Shown here in pieces: positions 7,996 through 16,456 of a stretch of 27,713 nt of DNA. Origin of the DNA: an uncultured Candidatus Saccharibacteria bacterium (GTDB taxonomy: Bacteria > Patescibacteriota > Minisyncoccia > 2-01-FULL-47-10 > CAYTAF01). The stretch spans positions 1 through 27,713 of the forward strand of contig CAYTAF010000002.1 of the NCBI GenBank assembly GCA_964435865.1, read 5' to 3'. The number at the start of each line of letters is the position of its first letter. Within the stretch, counting starts at the first letter, position 1. The notes under the pieces are model-generated. The model was not told where the DNA came from. It made no database searches and saw only the letters and a program-made list of their open reading frames with translations. Position numbers and translations under genes: made by a program.

Positions 7996-8595
7996 ATGGA
8001 GCCAAAGCCGATAAAAACAGTCACGGAAATATTAAAAAAATTACCGGGGGTTGGACAAAAAACCGCCCAGCGCTACGCACACTCCCTAAAAAACTTTTCA
8101 GAAAAAGACCTACAGCTTCTGGCAGAAAGCCTCCAAGAACTCAAAACGCAACTTGATAATTGTGAACGATGTTTTGCTACCATCCAAAGACAACAAAAAG
8201 ATCGGCTTTGCAAGATATGTCGCGACCAAAACCGAGATCAAAAATTATTAGCAATAGTAGAAGACGAGCAAGAAATGGAGGCGATGGAACAAACTAACTA
8301 CAGGGGAGTATATTTTGTACTTGGGGGACTTATAAAACCCAGGTCTCGTCAGTACAATAACGTACGGACGCACGAATTCAAGAAACGTATTCAAAGCGAA
8401 CCGCCACGTGAAATTATTCTTGCTCTAAGTCCAGGAGCAGAAGGTTCGGCAACATTTTTACAACTAAAAAAAGAGTTGCAGCAATTTAAAACCCCAGTCA
8501 CGAGACTGGGAACAGGCTTGCCGTCCGAGGCGGATCTCCGCTATGCCGATAAACAGACCCTAGAAGGGGCCTTAAGCAGTAGGACTAAGCTTTAA
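7996..8595 (+). CDS. recR: Recombination protein RecR
   Basis: HhH LKKLPGVGQKTAQR, C4 zinc finger CERC...CKIC, Toprim-like VEDE/YFVLGG and C-terminal TRLGTGLP...YAD..TL; ATG at 7996. Confidence 0.95.
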   Translation: MEPKPIKTVTEILKKLPGVGQKTAQRYAHSLKNFSEKDLQLLAESLQELKTQLDNCERCFATIQRQQKDRLCKICRDQNRDQKLLAIVEDEQEMEAMEQTNYRGVYFVLGGLIKPRSRQYNNVRTHEFKKRIQSEPPREIILALSPGAEGSATFLQLKKELQQFKTPVTRLGTGLPSEADLRYADKQTLEGALSSRTKL

Positions 8596-8911
8596 TCTCT
8601 GTAACCTGAATGCTGGTATAAGGCTGACGATGGCCTTGTTTTTTTTCGTAACGCTTTTTAGGTTTCTTTTTAAATACTACGACCTTATCCCCTTTCCCGT
8701 GCTCTACTACTTTTCCGGCTACTGTAACATCATTTAAATACGGATCGCCAAGCTGAACTTCAGTGTCTTCTCCTTGCTCCGGAGCCACTAAAAGCACCCT
8801 ATCAAATTTCACGGTATCACCGGCCTCTTTTTCCAATTTTTCCGTTACCAAGGTGTCGCCTTGGCGTACTTTATATTGCTTCCCGCCTGTTTCGATAATA
8901 GCAAAACTCAT
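8585..8911 (-). CDS. rplU: 50S ribosomal protein L21
   Basis: FAIIETGGKQYKV and KKKPKKRYEKKQGHRQPYT; ATG 8911; 11-nt convergent overlap with recR. Confidence 0.98.
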   Translation of the reverse strand: MSFAIIETGGKQYKVRQGDTLVTEKLEKEAGDTVKFDRVLLVAPEQGEDTEVQLGDPYLNDVTVAGKVVEHGKGDKVVVFKKKPKKRYEKKQGHRQPYTSIQVTEIKA

Positions 8912-8918
8912 AAAAATA

Positions 8919-9350
8919 TTAAGTATCACGTGTAAAAAGGGATTGTTTTACCAATTGATCCGCTCTTTTGTTGGCCTCGCGCGGAACTAGCTCAAATTTT
9001 ACACTATCTATACCCCCATAGTCAACCATATGATTCCATATTTTCAGAAAAAGAGCCTGGAGTTTCGCATCTTGAATTTTATATTCACCTCTTAATTGAT
9101 TCACTAACAATCTACTATCCGATTTGATGATCACCTCCGCATCTTCCATTCGCTCCTTGCCCAGTAGCTTTTTCAGCTTTTCCAGCGCGAATAAAGCTGC
9201 CTCAAACTCAGCCTGATTATTTGTACCCTCATAAGAAAGGGGCTCCGAATAGGCCTTCCACTCTTTTTGGTCCTTATAGATAACAACCCCTATGGCTGCT
9301 GGCCCCGGATTGTTAATCGCCCCTCCGTCAATATATACAGTTAGTTGCAT
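8919..9350 (-). CDS. rnhA: Ribonuclease HI family protein
   Basis: YIDGGAINNPGPAAIG, TNNQAEFEA, DSRLLVNQ and VPREANKRAD; the catalytic D/E/D/D residues are present. Confidence 0.9.
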   Translation of the reverse strand: MQLTVYIDGGAINNPGPAAIGVVIYKDQKEWKAYSEPLSYEGTNNQAEFEAALFALEKLKKLLGKERMEDAEVIIKSDSRLLVNQLRGEYKIQDAKLQALFLKIWNHMVDYGGIDSVKFELVPREANKRADQLVKQSLFTRDT

Positions 9351-9467
9351 TAGCTTATTAGCTGTTTAGTGGATTAGCGCACTAGCTAACTAGCCTTAAG
9401 TAATTTCTGCTCATCCCGCTCGCCCCCAAGAGCTAACCTCCCAGCCGGCTAGCAAGCTAGATAGATA
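9351..9467. repeat. Two-armed 8-nt-period element (TAG arm / CTA arm)
   Basis: TAG at 9351, 9359, 9367, 9375, 9383, 9391; GC-rich spacer; CTA at 9433, 9449, 9457, with CCA at 9441 and ATA at 9465 in phase. Confidence 0.9.
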
Positions 9468-9474
9468 CGGATAT

Positions 9475-9608
9475 CGAATAATGAATAACGAATATTGAAT
9501 ATCGAAACAAGCACGAAGCTCTCAATGAATCCGAAGCACGCAACACGAATATCGTAACTCCTTATTACTTATTCTTAATTCTTTATTCGGTTTTAATGGT
9601 ATTATTCG
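9475..9608. repeat. Two-armed 7-nt-period element (GAATA arm / TATTC arm)
   Basis: GAATA at 9476, 9483, 9490, 9497 (GAAAC 9504); TATTA 9563, TATTC 9570, AATTC 9577, TATTC 9584; outer pair CGAATAAT 9475-9482/ATTATTCG 9601-9608. Confidence 0.9.
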
Positions 9609-10162
9609 CACTCAAAGTGCGCCATAAACTGCATCTGGTCACCGCCTTGATTTAAGGGCTTTAATTTGAGTACCATACGCTCGCCGTTTTCACACTCAAA
9701 GTACGGAGGAAAATCAAAATCCTTTGCCAACTTGGCCGCATCCCTCTCAGCCGGCTCAAAGCTCATAGCGTAAGATTGAGACTGCCCAAGGTATGTCTTA
9801 ATTCGATCGCTTACCTCACGAGGTGTGACCACCGAGCGCACCACAAAATCTTTCACTCCCAGTTCATGAGCCTTGCGCTTGTCCTCCTCGCGGCCGAGGT
9901 GCGAATACATAACTATAGGGATATCACTGGTAGCCGCGTTCTTTCGAAGAGAACTGATAAGTTCAAAGCCGTCCATTCGCGGCATAATAATACCGGTGAA
10001 CACTAAATCCGGACGCTCCCGAATAGCTATATCCAGGCCCTCTAGGCCATCTTGTGCCGTCAAAACATTAAACCCCTCCTTTTGAAAAACCTCTCGATAT
10101 AAACGACGCGAGGATACATCATCGTCCACCACCAAGATTGTAGAATTGTCTTCATTGGCCAT
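9602..10162 (-). CDS. Orphan receiver (REC)-domain protein with a short C-terminal domain of unknown function
   Basis: ILVVDDD...AQDGLEGL...RPDLVFTGIIMPRMDG...IPIVMYSHL...ELGVKDFV receiver fold, followed by about 60 extra residues; no kinase gene nearby. Confidence 0.9.
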   Translation of the reverse strand: MANEDNSTILVVDDDVSSRRLYREVFQKEGFNVLTAQDGLEGLDIAIRERPDLVFTGIIMPRMDGFELISSLRKNAATSDIPIVMYSHLGREEDKRKAHELGVKDFVVRSVVTPREVSDRIKTYLGQSQSYAMSFEPAERDAAKLAKDFDFPPYFECENGERMVLKLKPLNQGGDQMQFMAHFECE

Positions 10163-10179
10163 AATAAAAGTAAGCTATA

Positions 10180-10221
10180 AATTACTATACATCACACTAG
10201 CTGGTGATATGAATAGTAATT
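10180..10221. promoter_or_regulatory. Imperfect palindrome between pgk and the receiver gene
   Basis: AATTACTAT (10180-10188)/ATAGTAATT (10213-10221) outer stem and ATCAC/GTGAT inner stem. Confidence 0.5.
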
Positions 10222-10230
10222 CAATCAAAA

Positions 10231-11421
10231 TTAATTATTATTAGAGTAATAAAGTGCCTGCAGCCCAGGGAGCTGATTGCCCGCCAGTAATTCCAACATA
10301 GCACCTCCTCCGGTAGAAGCAAAATCAAATTTATCCAGCAGTCCCTCTCTCGCCAGCGCGGCAGTCGAATCACCACCACCAACTAAACTAAAAGCCGAAG
10401 ACTCGGCAAGATACCGACCTATTTTAATGGTACCTTCTCGAAATTCCGGTAATTCGGTTTTTCCCATTGGACCATTCCACGCCACAGTTTCCGAAACATC
10501 AATAATATTTTTGAACATCTCTATTGTATCCGGGCCGATATCCAAAATCAATTCCTCGGAGCTCATCCGGCCAACAGGAGCAAGCCGGGCGCCTGACCCT
10601 CCTTCCGGATCATCTGAAACAACCGCATCCACCGGCAAATGAAGCTTCGTGTCACTCACTGGCAAACCCTTCAAGGATTCCATACTTTCCGGGCTTACAA
10701 CAGAAGCACCTACTGCTATCCCTTTTACGTGCAAAAAAGTATTAGCCAGCACTCCGCCCAAGCAGATATGGTCAGCTACATCCCAAAACCTCTGCAGTAC
10801 TTCTACCTTGCTGCCCATCTTTATACCCGCTAACATCAAAACCAGTGGTTTAGCAGGACGCTCAAAAATATCTTGCAAAGTACTGACCTCTTTTTGCAAA
10901 CGAAGCCCAGCAAAAGCAGGTAAAAATTGAGGAGGTTGCACCACCGATGCCTGCTCCCGATGTATGACTGGAAAGTCCTCAGCAACATATATGTCCCCGA
11001 TCTGAGCCAGTTTGCGCCCTAACTCGGGAGAATTGTCTAACTCCTCTTGTAAAAAACGTATATTCTCAAGCATCAAAATCTCGCCCGGTTGCATATTGCG
11101 TGAGACCTTCTCCAGCTCTGCCCAGTTAAAGCTTTCACAGAAACGCACCGATGTTTGAAGGCGAGATTCTAAATACTTGGCTACTGAAGATAAACTTAAA
11201 TCACTCACTCGTTTCCCTTCCGGCCGACCTCGTTTCGCCACCACTATCACCTTGGCACCGTTTTGTAAAAGATACCGAAAAGTGGGCAAAATAGCCTCTA
11301 TCCTGTATGCTTCTGCCGGATCTACCATATCATCAGATCCCACGGAAACGTCTAAACCAGCCCGCAACAACACACGCCTCCCCTGAAGCTGCGGTATATC
11401 TCTGAGGGTTCGAAGCTTCAT
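10231..11421 (-). CDS. pgk: Phosphoglycerate kinase (divergent N-domain motifs)
   Basis: GRP, MLENIRF, HR, WNGPMG, VGGGDS and STGGGAML; start reassigned to ATG 11421 (396 aa). Confidence 0.93.
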   Translation of the reverse strand: MKLRTLRDIPQLQGRRVLLRAGLDVSVGSDDMVDPAEAYRIEAILPTFRYLLQNGAKVIVVAKRGRPEGKRVSDLSLSSVAKYLESRLQTSVRFCESFNWAELEKVSRNMQPGEILMLENIRFLQEELDNSPELGRKLAQIGDIYVAEDFPVIHREQASVVQPPQFLPAFAGLRLQKEVSTLQDIFERPAKPLVLMLAGIKMGSKVEVLQRFWDVADHICLGGVLANTFLHVKGIAVGASVVSPESMESLKGLPVSDTKLHLPVDAVVSDDPEGGSGARLAPVGRMSSEELILDIGPDTIEMFKNIIDVSETVAWNGPMGKTELPEFREGTIKIGRYLAESSAFSLVGGGDSTAALAREGLLDKFDFASTGGGAMLELLAGNQLPGLQALYYSNNN

Positions 11422-11455
11422 TGTAACACGAAATGTGAAAATTATTGGAGATACA

Positions 11456-12037
11456 CTATTCCCGATAGTCCTGCCTTTCGTACTCAAAAACATTCTCCGG
11501 AGCAAACCAAAAATCCACCTCATGTTCAGCCTCCTGCTTGTCACCACTAGCATGTACCAGGTTATAAATAGCGCGCTTGCCCGCATTAGCGGTAGCAGCT
11601 GATTCTACGGAAAAATCACCGCGAATAGTCCCTGGAGAGGCAAAAGATGGGATGGTCTCCCCTATAATCTTACGCACCACTCCAATGGCATGCGGCCCCT
11701 CTAAAACTATTTTTACTATCGGACCCGAAGCCAAATATTCAACAGTCCATTGTCGAACCTGCTTACCAATCGAGAAATCATCAGTATTTTCAAAATCATC
11801 TTCAAGCGCCAAACCGTACTCCTGATACGTTTTTTTTGTATTCTGACCCAAATTTTTAATCCAATCCTCCTCTGTCGGATAATGTTTATCAATCTGGTCC
11901 TCGTTTGCCTGAGTCATCTCCAGGCCGACTACCTTGAGCCCACGGCCTTCAAAGCGAGAAATAATCGAACCGATCAAGCCGCGGCGAACACCATCCGGTT
12001 TAATAAGAACTACCGTTTGTTCGTGAATATTTGCCAT
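11456..12037 (-). CDS. ndk: Nucleoside diphosphate kinase (long form)
   Basis: LIKPDGVRRGLIG, SGP, PGTIRGDF and catalytic NLVHASG; ATG 12037, 193 aa. Confidence 0.96.
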   Translation of the reverse strand: MANIHEQTVVLIKPDGVRRGLIGSIISRFEGRGLKVVGLEMTQANEDQIDKHYPTEEDWIKNLGQNTKKTYQEYGLALEDDFENTDDFSIGKQVRQWTVEYLASGPIVKIVLEGPHAIGVVRKIIGETIPSFASPGTIRGDFSVESAATANAGKRAIYNLVHASGDKQEAEHEVDFWFAPENVFEYERQDYRE

Positions 12038-12102
12038 AGTATTAGCCAATTAGAAAATTAGTATTGGTTATATAGATAGATATGAACTAATGGTAGTATA
12101 AC

Positions 12103-12984
12103 CTATTTAAAGCTTTTTATCCAGGCCGTTATGCCATCCGTAAAGATAGCAACAGTACCGTGTTTATCAGTACGCCAAAGCGGAATTCCGGCTAGTTTGT
12201 CCAAGGTTTCCGGGTGTGGATGACCATAAGGATTATCCAAACCGGCGGAAACAAAAGCACCCGCCGGAGTCACCTCATTCAGAAAATTTTTACTGCTGGC
12301 ATCCTTGGAGCCGTGATGAGGTAACTTCAAAAAATCCACGCTTCCCAAGTCGTACTCTCTAACCAGATCCTTTTCCCGCCCTGCCTCAACGTCTCCCGGC
12401 AACAAGAACCGCCGACCTCCAACCCTCGCTTCGGTCACTATACTCGTACTATTTAACGAAGACACCTCTCTCAAAGGTTCCAAAGATTGAGGGGCTAAAA
12501 AACGCACCTGTAACTTATTACCCATTAATAACTTATTACCGGGAACCGGCCGCAAAACGGAAACCTTCTCCTGTCGCAAAGCTCGCACTAGACGTTGATA
12601 GGTTTCAGTATCATGAAAAACGCCAGTAAAAATTATCCGCTCTACTTCAAAATTTTGCACTACCCCAAAAATTCCCCCGATATGATCAAAATCCGGATGC
12701 GTCATAACCACCGTCTCCAGGGTGCGATCCCAAAAAGGACGGACAGAAGAAAGTTCCTGCAAAAGACGTCCCGGGCTGGAGCCACCATCAATCAAAACTT
12801 CTCCCCCACCGGAAGCCCGTACCAGAATGGCATCACCCTGACCCACGTCTAACATCACTACCCGATGCCAACCATCCAGCACTACAAAACGAGCTGCCAG
12901 CAAAGCAAACACCACCAAAATGACAAGTACCCCTAGAGTGATAAAATGTAATTTACGATTGTGAGCAAGGAAAGCGCTTAGCAT
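12103..12984 (-). CDS. ComEC C-terminal-type metallo-beta-lactamase-fold nuclease encoded as a separate gene
   Basis: N-terminal TM segment; MLDVGQGDAI, LIDGG, THPDFDHIGG, LLPGD, KLPHHGS and SAGLDNPYGHPH; ATG 12984 overlaps the upstream comEC end by 32 nt. Confidence 0.9.
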   Translation of the reverse strand: MLSAFLAHNRKLHFITLGVLVILVVFALLAARFVVLDGWHRVVMLDVGQGDAILVRASGGGEVLIDGGSSPGRLLQELSSVRPFWDRTLETVVMTHPDFDHIGGIFGVVQNFEVERIIFTGVFHDTETYQRLVRALRQEKVSVLRPVPGNKLLMGNKLQVRFLAPQSLEPLREVSSLNSTSIVTEARVGGRRFLLPGDVEAGREKDLVREYDLGSVDFLKLPHHGSKDASSKNFLNEVTPAGAFVSAGLDNPYGHPHPETLDKLAGIPLWRTDKHGTVAIFTDGITAWIKSFK

Positions 12985-13987
12985 ACCACTCTGTACCAAT
13001 TACTGATAATACTAAAACTACATAATACCCAACCAGTACGGGCAATGAAATATTAAACTCAAAAAACGCCCCCGGCAGACCGGCAAGCGCCTCTAAGCCA
13101 GCTATTATGGCCTCGCTTAATATTTGCACAGGATAGACCGCTATCACCCCCAAAGACGGAGAAATCATACTAAATACCAGGACAGCAAAACCACCCACAA
13201 TAAGAACAGGTAAGAACGGAACCGATATCAAATTTGCCAAGGGGGAGACAAGCGACATTTTTTCGAAATAAAACACAAGCACGGGCCACAGGAAGATAAG
13301 TACTGATACGCTGACAGAGAGTAAATCCCGAAGCTTGAAAATATTTGGCACCTTACACAAAAAGGGGTCTATAACCGGCTTGAGCAAAACAATGCCGGAC
13401 ACCGCTAAAAAAGAGAGTTGAAAACTGATACTCCCCAACTGAGCGGGCTCCAAAAGTATCATAAAAAGTGCCGCAGCTGCCAAGCTGTGCCAAATACGAA
13501 CACCTCGACCTAACAATAAGCTTATTGCTACTATCCCGGCCATAATGCCAGCTCGAACCGCGGAAGCGGGAGCTCCAACCAGCAACACGAAGCCGGTTAA
13601 GATCCCGATGATAAAAATAACCTGCCACCCTTTGGCAAGAGGCAGGTTGCGGGCAACACCCCAAATACCCAAAGTAACAATACCAATGTGCAATCCCGAT
13701 ATGGCTACAATATGCCGAGTGCCGGTGTTATTAAAAATTTGCTTCAACTCATACGAAAGCGCTTCTTTGTGACCGAGCAGCAAAGCTGAAAATAAACCCT
13801 GGGAATGTCCATAAAACCGCTGGTTGAGAATATCCAGCAAAAAATTCCGAAACGATTCAAAAACGCCAATAGACACATTGCCAACGGGCACAAAAGAAAA
13901 AGAAGGGTTTATACGCAAAATTGCGGCCACAAGTAATAACACGAAAATCGTAAATCCGGGCAAAAGCCAGGACTGGCGAATAATCAT
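12953..13987 (-). CDS. comEC: ComEC/Rec2 Competence-domain membrane protein
   Basis: ALLLG, TGTRHIVAISGLHIG, GAPASAVRAGIMA, SISFQLSFLAV and SPLANLISVP; multiple TM helices; 344 aa. Confidence 0.92.
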   Translation of the reverse strand: MIIRQSWLLPGFTIFVLLLVAAILRINPSFSFVPVGNVSIGVFESFRNFLLDILNQRFYGHSQGLFSALLLGHKEALSYELKQIFNNTGTRHIVAISGLHIGIVTLGIWGVARNLPLAKGWQVIFIIGILTGFVLLVGAPASAVRAGIMAGIVAISLLLGRGVRIWHSLAAAALFMILLEPAQLGSISFQLSFLAVSGIVLLKPVIDPFLCKVPNIFKLRDLLSVSVSVLIFLWPVLVFYFEKMSLVSPLANLISVPFLPVLIVGGFAVLVFSMISPSLGVIAVYPVQILSEAIIAGLEALAGLPGAFFEFNISLPVLVGYYVVLVLSVIGTEWYAKRFPCSQS

Positions 13988-14004
13988 TGCTTATAATATG
14001 CCAC

Positions 14005-14044
14005 AAAAAAGAGTTGAGGGGAAGGCCGATGACGGCCTTCCCCT
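14005..14044 (-). terminator. Intrinsic terminator after nrdJ
   Basis: Perfect 12-bp stem AGGGGAAGGCCG-N4-CGGCCTTCCCCT (14017-14044), followed on the minus strand by CAACTC and a T6 run. Confidence 0.8.
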
Positions 14045-14053
14045 GCTCGTTGT

Positions 14054-14074
14054 CAGATTTGTGGTCTTCCGGGC
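14054..14074. repeat. Left arm of an inverted repeat bracketing nrdJ
   Basis: CAGATTTGTGG (14054-14064) followed by TCTTCCGGGC; complementary to 16457-16481. Confidence 0.65.
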
Positions 14075-16428
14075 TAGTCACACTCACTAAAGCCACAGTC
14101 CTGACAAAGATAGCAGCCGTTAGTGAACATCAAGAGTCCACCGCAGCTGGGACACAGCTCCGGCTGCCTGGTTTTGTCAGATCCGTTCTGGCGAGGTAGC
14201 ATATGATCCTCTGGATCATCTTCGGCCCTATTCTCCAGCAAGTCCATTTGTTCGTTGCCCTCCTGGAGATACTCTTCCATAGCTTTAGCTATGGCATCGG
14301 GGACCGAAACAACTACCGTTCCATCGTCCTGAACTATAGGCCGAAGCCCGCGAATTAAAGACAGCTCATCAATAATCGCAGTTGGCTTCACTCCTGACCT
14401 CAAACACAGAGAGATGAGACGGGCAATGGACTCAGTAAAAGTCATAGCAGAGCTACCGGATTTGCCGAGGTTGGCAAAAACCTCTACTAGACCCTTTTCG
14501 TCTTCGTTGACAGTAACATAGAGGTTGCCCATCTCGGTGTACAGACGGATGGTTTTGCCCTTAACAGCCTTGGGGCGCTCCCGGGGTGTACGCTGGCCAT
14601 ACCCAGACTCTTGCTGAGCCTGCTCGCTTTTCTCCTGCCCTTCGGTAAGGAGGATCCCCTCTCGAGAGCCCTCGCGGTAAACTGTGATACCCTTACAGCC
14701 CAACTCGTGACCATAACGATAAATCCTGTCCACCTCTTCCACAGGAATATCTTCCCGCAGGTTAAGCGTGGAGGAAATCGCGTGGTCAATGTGGGCCTGG
14801 ATCGTCCCCTGCATTTTCACGCGGAAAAAGGGGTCGATCTCGTGAGCTGTCACGAACGTCTCCGGTAAACGCTCCAGCACCTCCTCCGGGCCGTGGTCCA
14901 TATTCCAGCCCTGATTATACGCGTATTCGCGCACCAGCGGATGTAGAACATTAAAGGACGCACCGGAAAGGGACTTACTTTTCCGAACATACTTGAGCGC
15001 GAAAATCGGTTCCACGCCCGAAGTACATCCGGCAAGCACTGATCCCGATCCCACCGGAGGCACCGTGAGCAGAGCAGCATTACGAAGACCCTGAGAGCGG
15101 ATCTTCTCCTGCATTTCTTCGCTCAAACGCTGAATAAAGGCACTTTCCATATGCTTTTCCGCATCAAAAGCGGGGAAAACGCCCTTCTCTTGCGCGAGCT
15201 CAGTGCTCTCGTCGTAAACGAGGTGCTTAATTCGGTCAAAGAGTTGATCGGTGAATTGCACGGCTTCACCGGAATCGTACTTGTAACCGAGCTTGATGAG
15301 CATATCACCAAAGCCGGTAAATCCGACCCCGATACGCCGCGACCAGAGCGAAGCGTTTTTTTGATCTTGGAGCGGGTGCTTGTCCGCGTTATAATCCAGG
15401 ACGTTGTCCAGAAAACGCGTGGCATAGCGCGCGGCTCGCTCCAGACCATCCCAGTCAACCTCGGCGTCCTCTTCAAATTCGTTAAGCACAAATTGAGAGA
15501 GGTTCAAATTGCCAAGGCAACAACAGCCGTAGGGTTCCAGTGGTATCTCCGAGCACGGGTTGGTGGAGATAACCTCCATACCATTATACTCGGTAGTGGA
15601 CTCTCGTTTAACGTTGTCCCAAAAGATCAAGCCGGGTTCAGCGCTAGCGTGGGCACTCTCGATGAGCTTATTCCATGCCTCGCGGGCGTTGACCGTCTTC
15701 CGGATGGAGCCGGTCACCTCACTGTCAAAGTTGAGAACGTGCTCCTCGTTGTTATAGACGGCTTGCATAAAATCGCCCGTAATCCGCACGCTGATGTTGG
15801 CAAATTGGACCTTCTGACGCTCTTTGTCGTTTTTAACGTCAATAAAGTCCAAAAGATCCGGATGATCCGAGCTGATGGTGAGCATTAGAGCACCGCGTCG
15901 GCCGGCTTGGCCAATGGTGCCCGTAGTAAGGGAAAACAAGTCCATAAAGGACACAGCTCCCGTGGAGTAGATGGCCGCGTTGTTAACGGGGGCGCCCTTA
16001 GGGCGCAGAACAGAGATGTCTGAGCCAACACCGCCGCCATAACTGTACGTACGTCCCTCTTTTTTGCAAAACTCGAAGATTTCCTCGAGTGAGTCATCTT
16101 CAAGAGGAATCACATAACAGTTAAGTAGAGTCGCTTGACGCGGCTGGCCGGCCCCGAACATAATGCGACCGCCCGGTACGAAACGAAAGTCCTCCAGCAG
16201 CCAACGGAACTTGCTCTTCCATTCCTGCTGCTTTCCTTTGGTAGCCTCAGCAGAGGCCATCTCCCGGGCGATACGCTCCCACATCTTAGGCGGGCTGTAC
16301 TCCAAGAGCTCACTATCCAGATTACGGAGCGCGTACTTATCCAGAAAGCACCTGATTCTCAGCTCGTCATCCTCGAAGAAATTCCGCGTTTCCTCCGGAA
16401 ACTCCATCTTACTCGGGTCTACAGCCAT
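14074..16428 (-). CDS. nrdJ: Class II (adenosylcobalamin-dependent) ribonucleotide reductase
   Basis: FVPGGRI, LLNCYV, GGGVG, RRGALM, EPGLIF, active-site TNPCSEIPL, CCLGNLNL and RRIGVGFTG; TSCPD-like region and C-terminal CPSC...CYLCQDCG; no ATP cone or intein visible. ATG 16428, 784 aa. Confidence 0.95.
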   Translation of the reverse strand: MAVDPSKMEFPEETRNFFEDDELRIRCFLDKYALRNLDSELLEYSPPKMWERIAREMASAEATKGKQQEWKSKFRWLLEDFRFVPGGRIMFGAGQPRQATLLNCYVIPLEDDSLEEIFEFCKKEGRTYSYGGGVGSDISVLRPKGAPVNNAAIYSTGAVSFMDLFSLTTGTIGQAGRRGALMLTISSDHPDLLDFIDVKNDKERQKVQFANISVRITGDFMQAVYNNEEHVLNFDSEVTGSIRKTVNAREAWNKLIESAHASAEPGLIFWDNVKRESTTEYNGMEVISTNPCSEIPLEPYGCCCLGNLNLSQFVLNEFEEDAEVDWDGLERAARYATRFLDNVLDYNADKHPLQDQKNASLWSRRIGVGFTGFGDMLIKLGYKYDSGEAVQFTDQLFDRIKHLVYDESTELAQEKGVFPAFDAEKHMESAFIQRLSEEMQEKIRSQGLRNAALLTVPPVGSGSVLAGCTSGVEPIFALKYVRKSKSLSGASFNVLHPLVREYAYNQGWNMDHGPEEVLERLPETFVTAHEIDPFFRVKMQGTIQAHIDHAISSTLNLREDIPVEEVDRIYRYGHELGCKGITVYREGSREGILLTEGQEKSEQAQQESGYGQRTPRERPKAVKGKTIRLYTEMGNLYVTVNEDEKGLVEVFANLGKSGSSAMTFTESIARLISLCLRSGVKPTAIIDELSLIRGLRPIVQDDGTVVVSVPDAIAKAMEEYLQEGNEQMDLLENRAEDDPEDHMLPRQNGSDKTRQPELCPSCGGLLMFTNGCYLCQDCGFSECD

Positions 16429-16434
16429 TGACGT

Positions 16435-16440
16435 CTCCTT
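16435..16440 (-). promoter_or_regulatory. Shine-Dalgarno sequence of nrdJ
   Basis: AAGGAG, 6 nt before ATG 16428. Confidence 0.8.
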
Positions 16441-16456
16441 TCTTGATTTTATCGTT

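Noticed and set aside
11700-11900. Insertion making NDK 193 aa rather than about 140 aa
   Set aside because: Catalytic motifs are intact and, from recollection, longer NDK variants are not rare; no basis to call it novel without a search.
12953-12999. Programmed frameshift joining the two comEC parts
   Set aside because: No slippery heptamer in the overlap, and the downstream ORF has its own ATG and TM anchor.
15151-15888. 245-aa + strand ORF, and similar antisense ORFs over dnaK, pgk, ftsZ, ftsA, hisS and the ATPase
   Set aside because: They lie wholly antisense to well-supported genes and have no recognisable motifs; these are shadow ORFs expected from codon bias.
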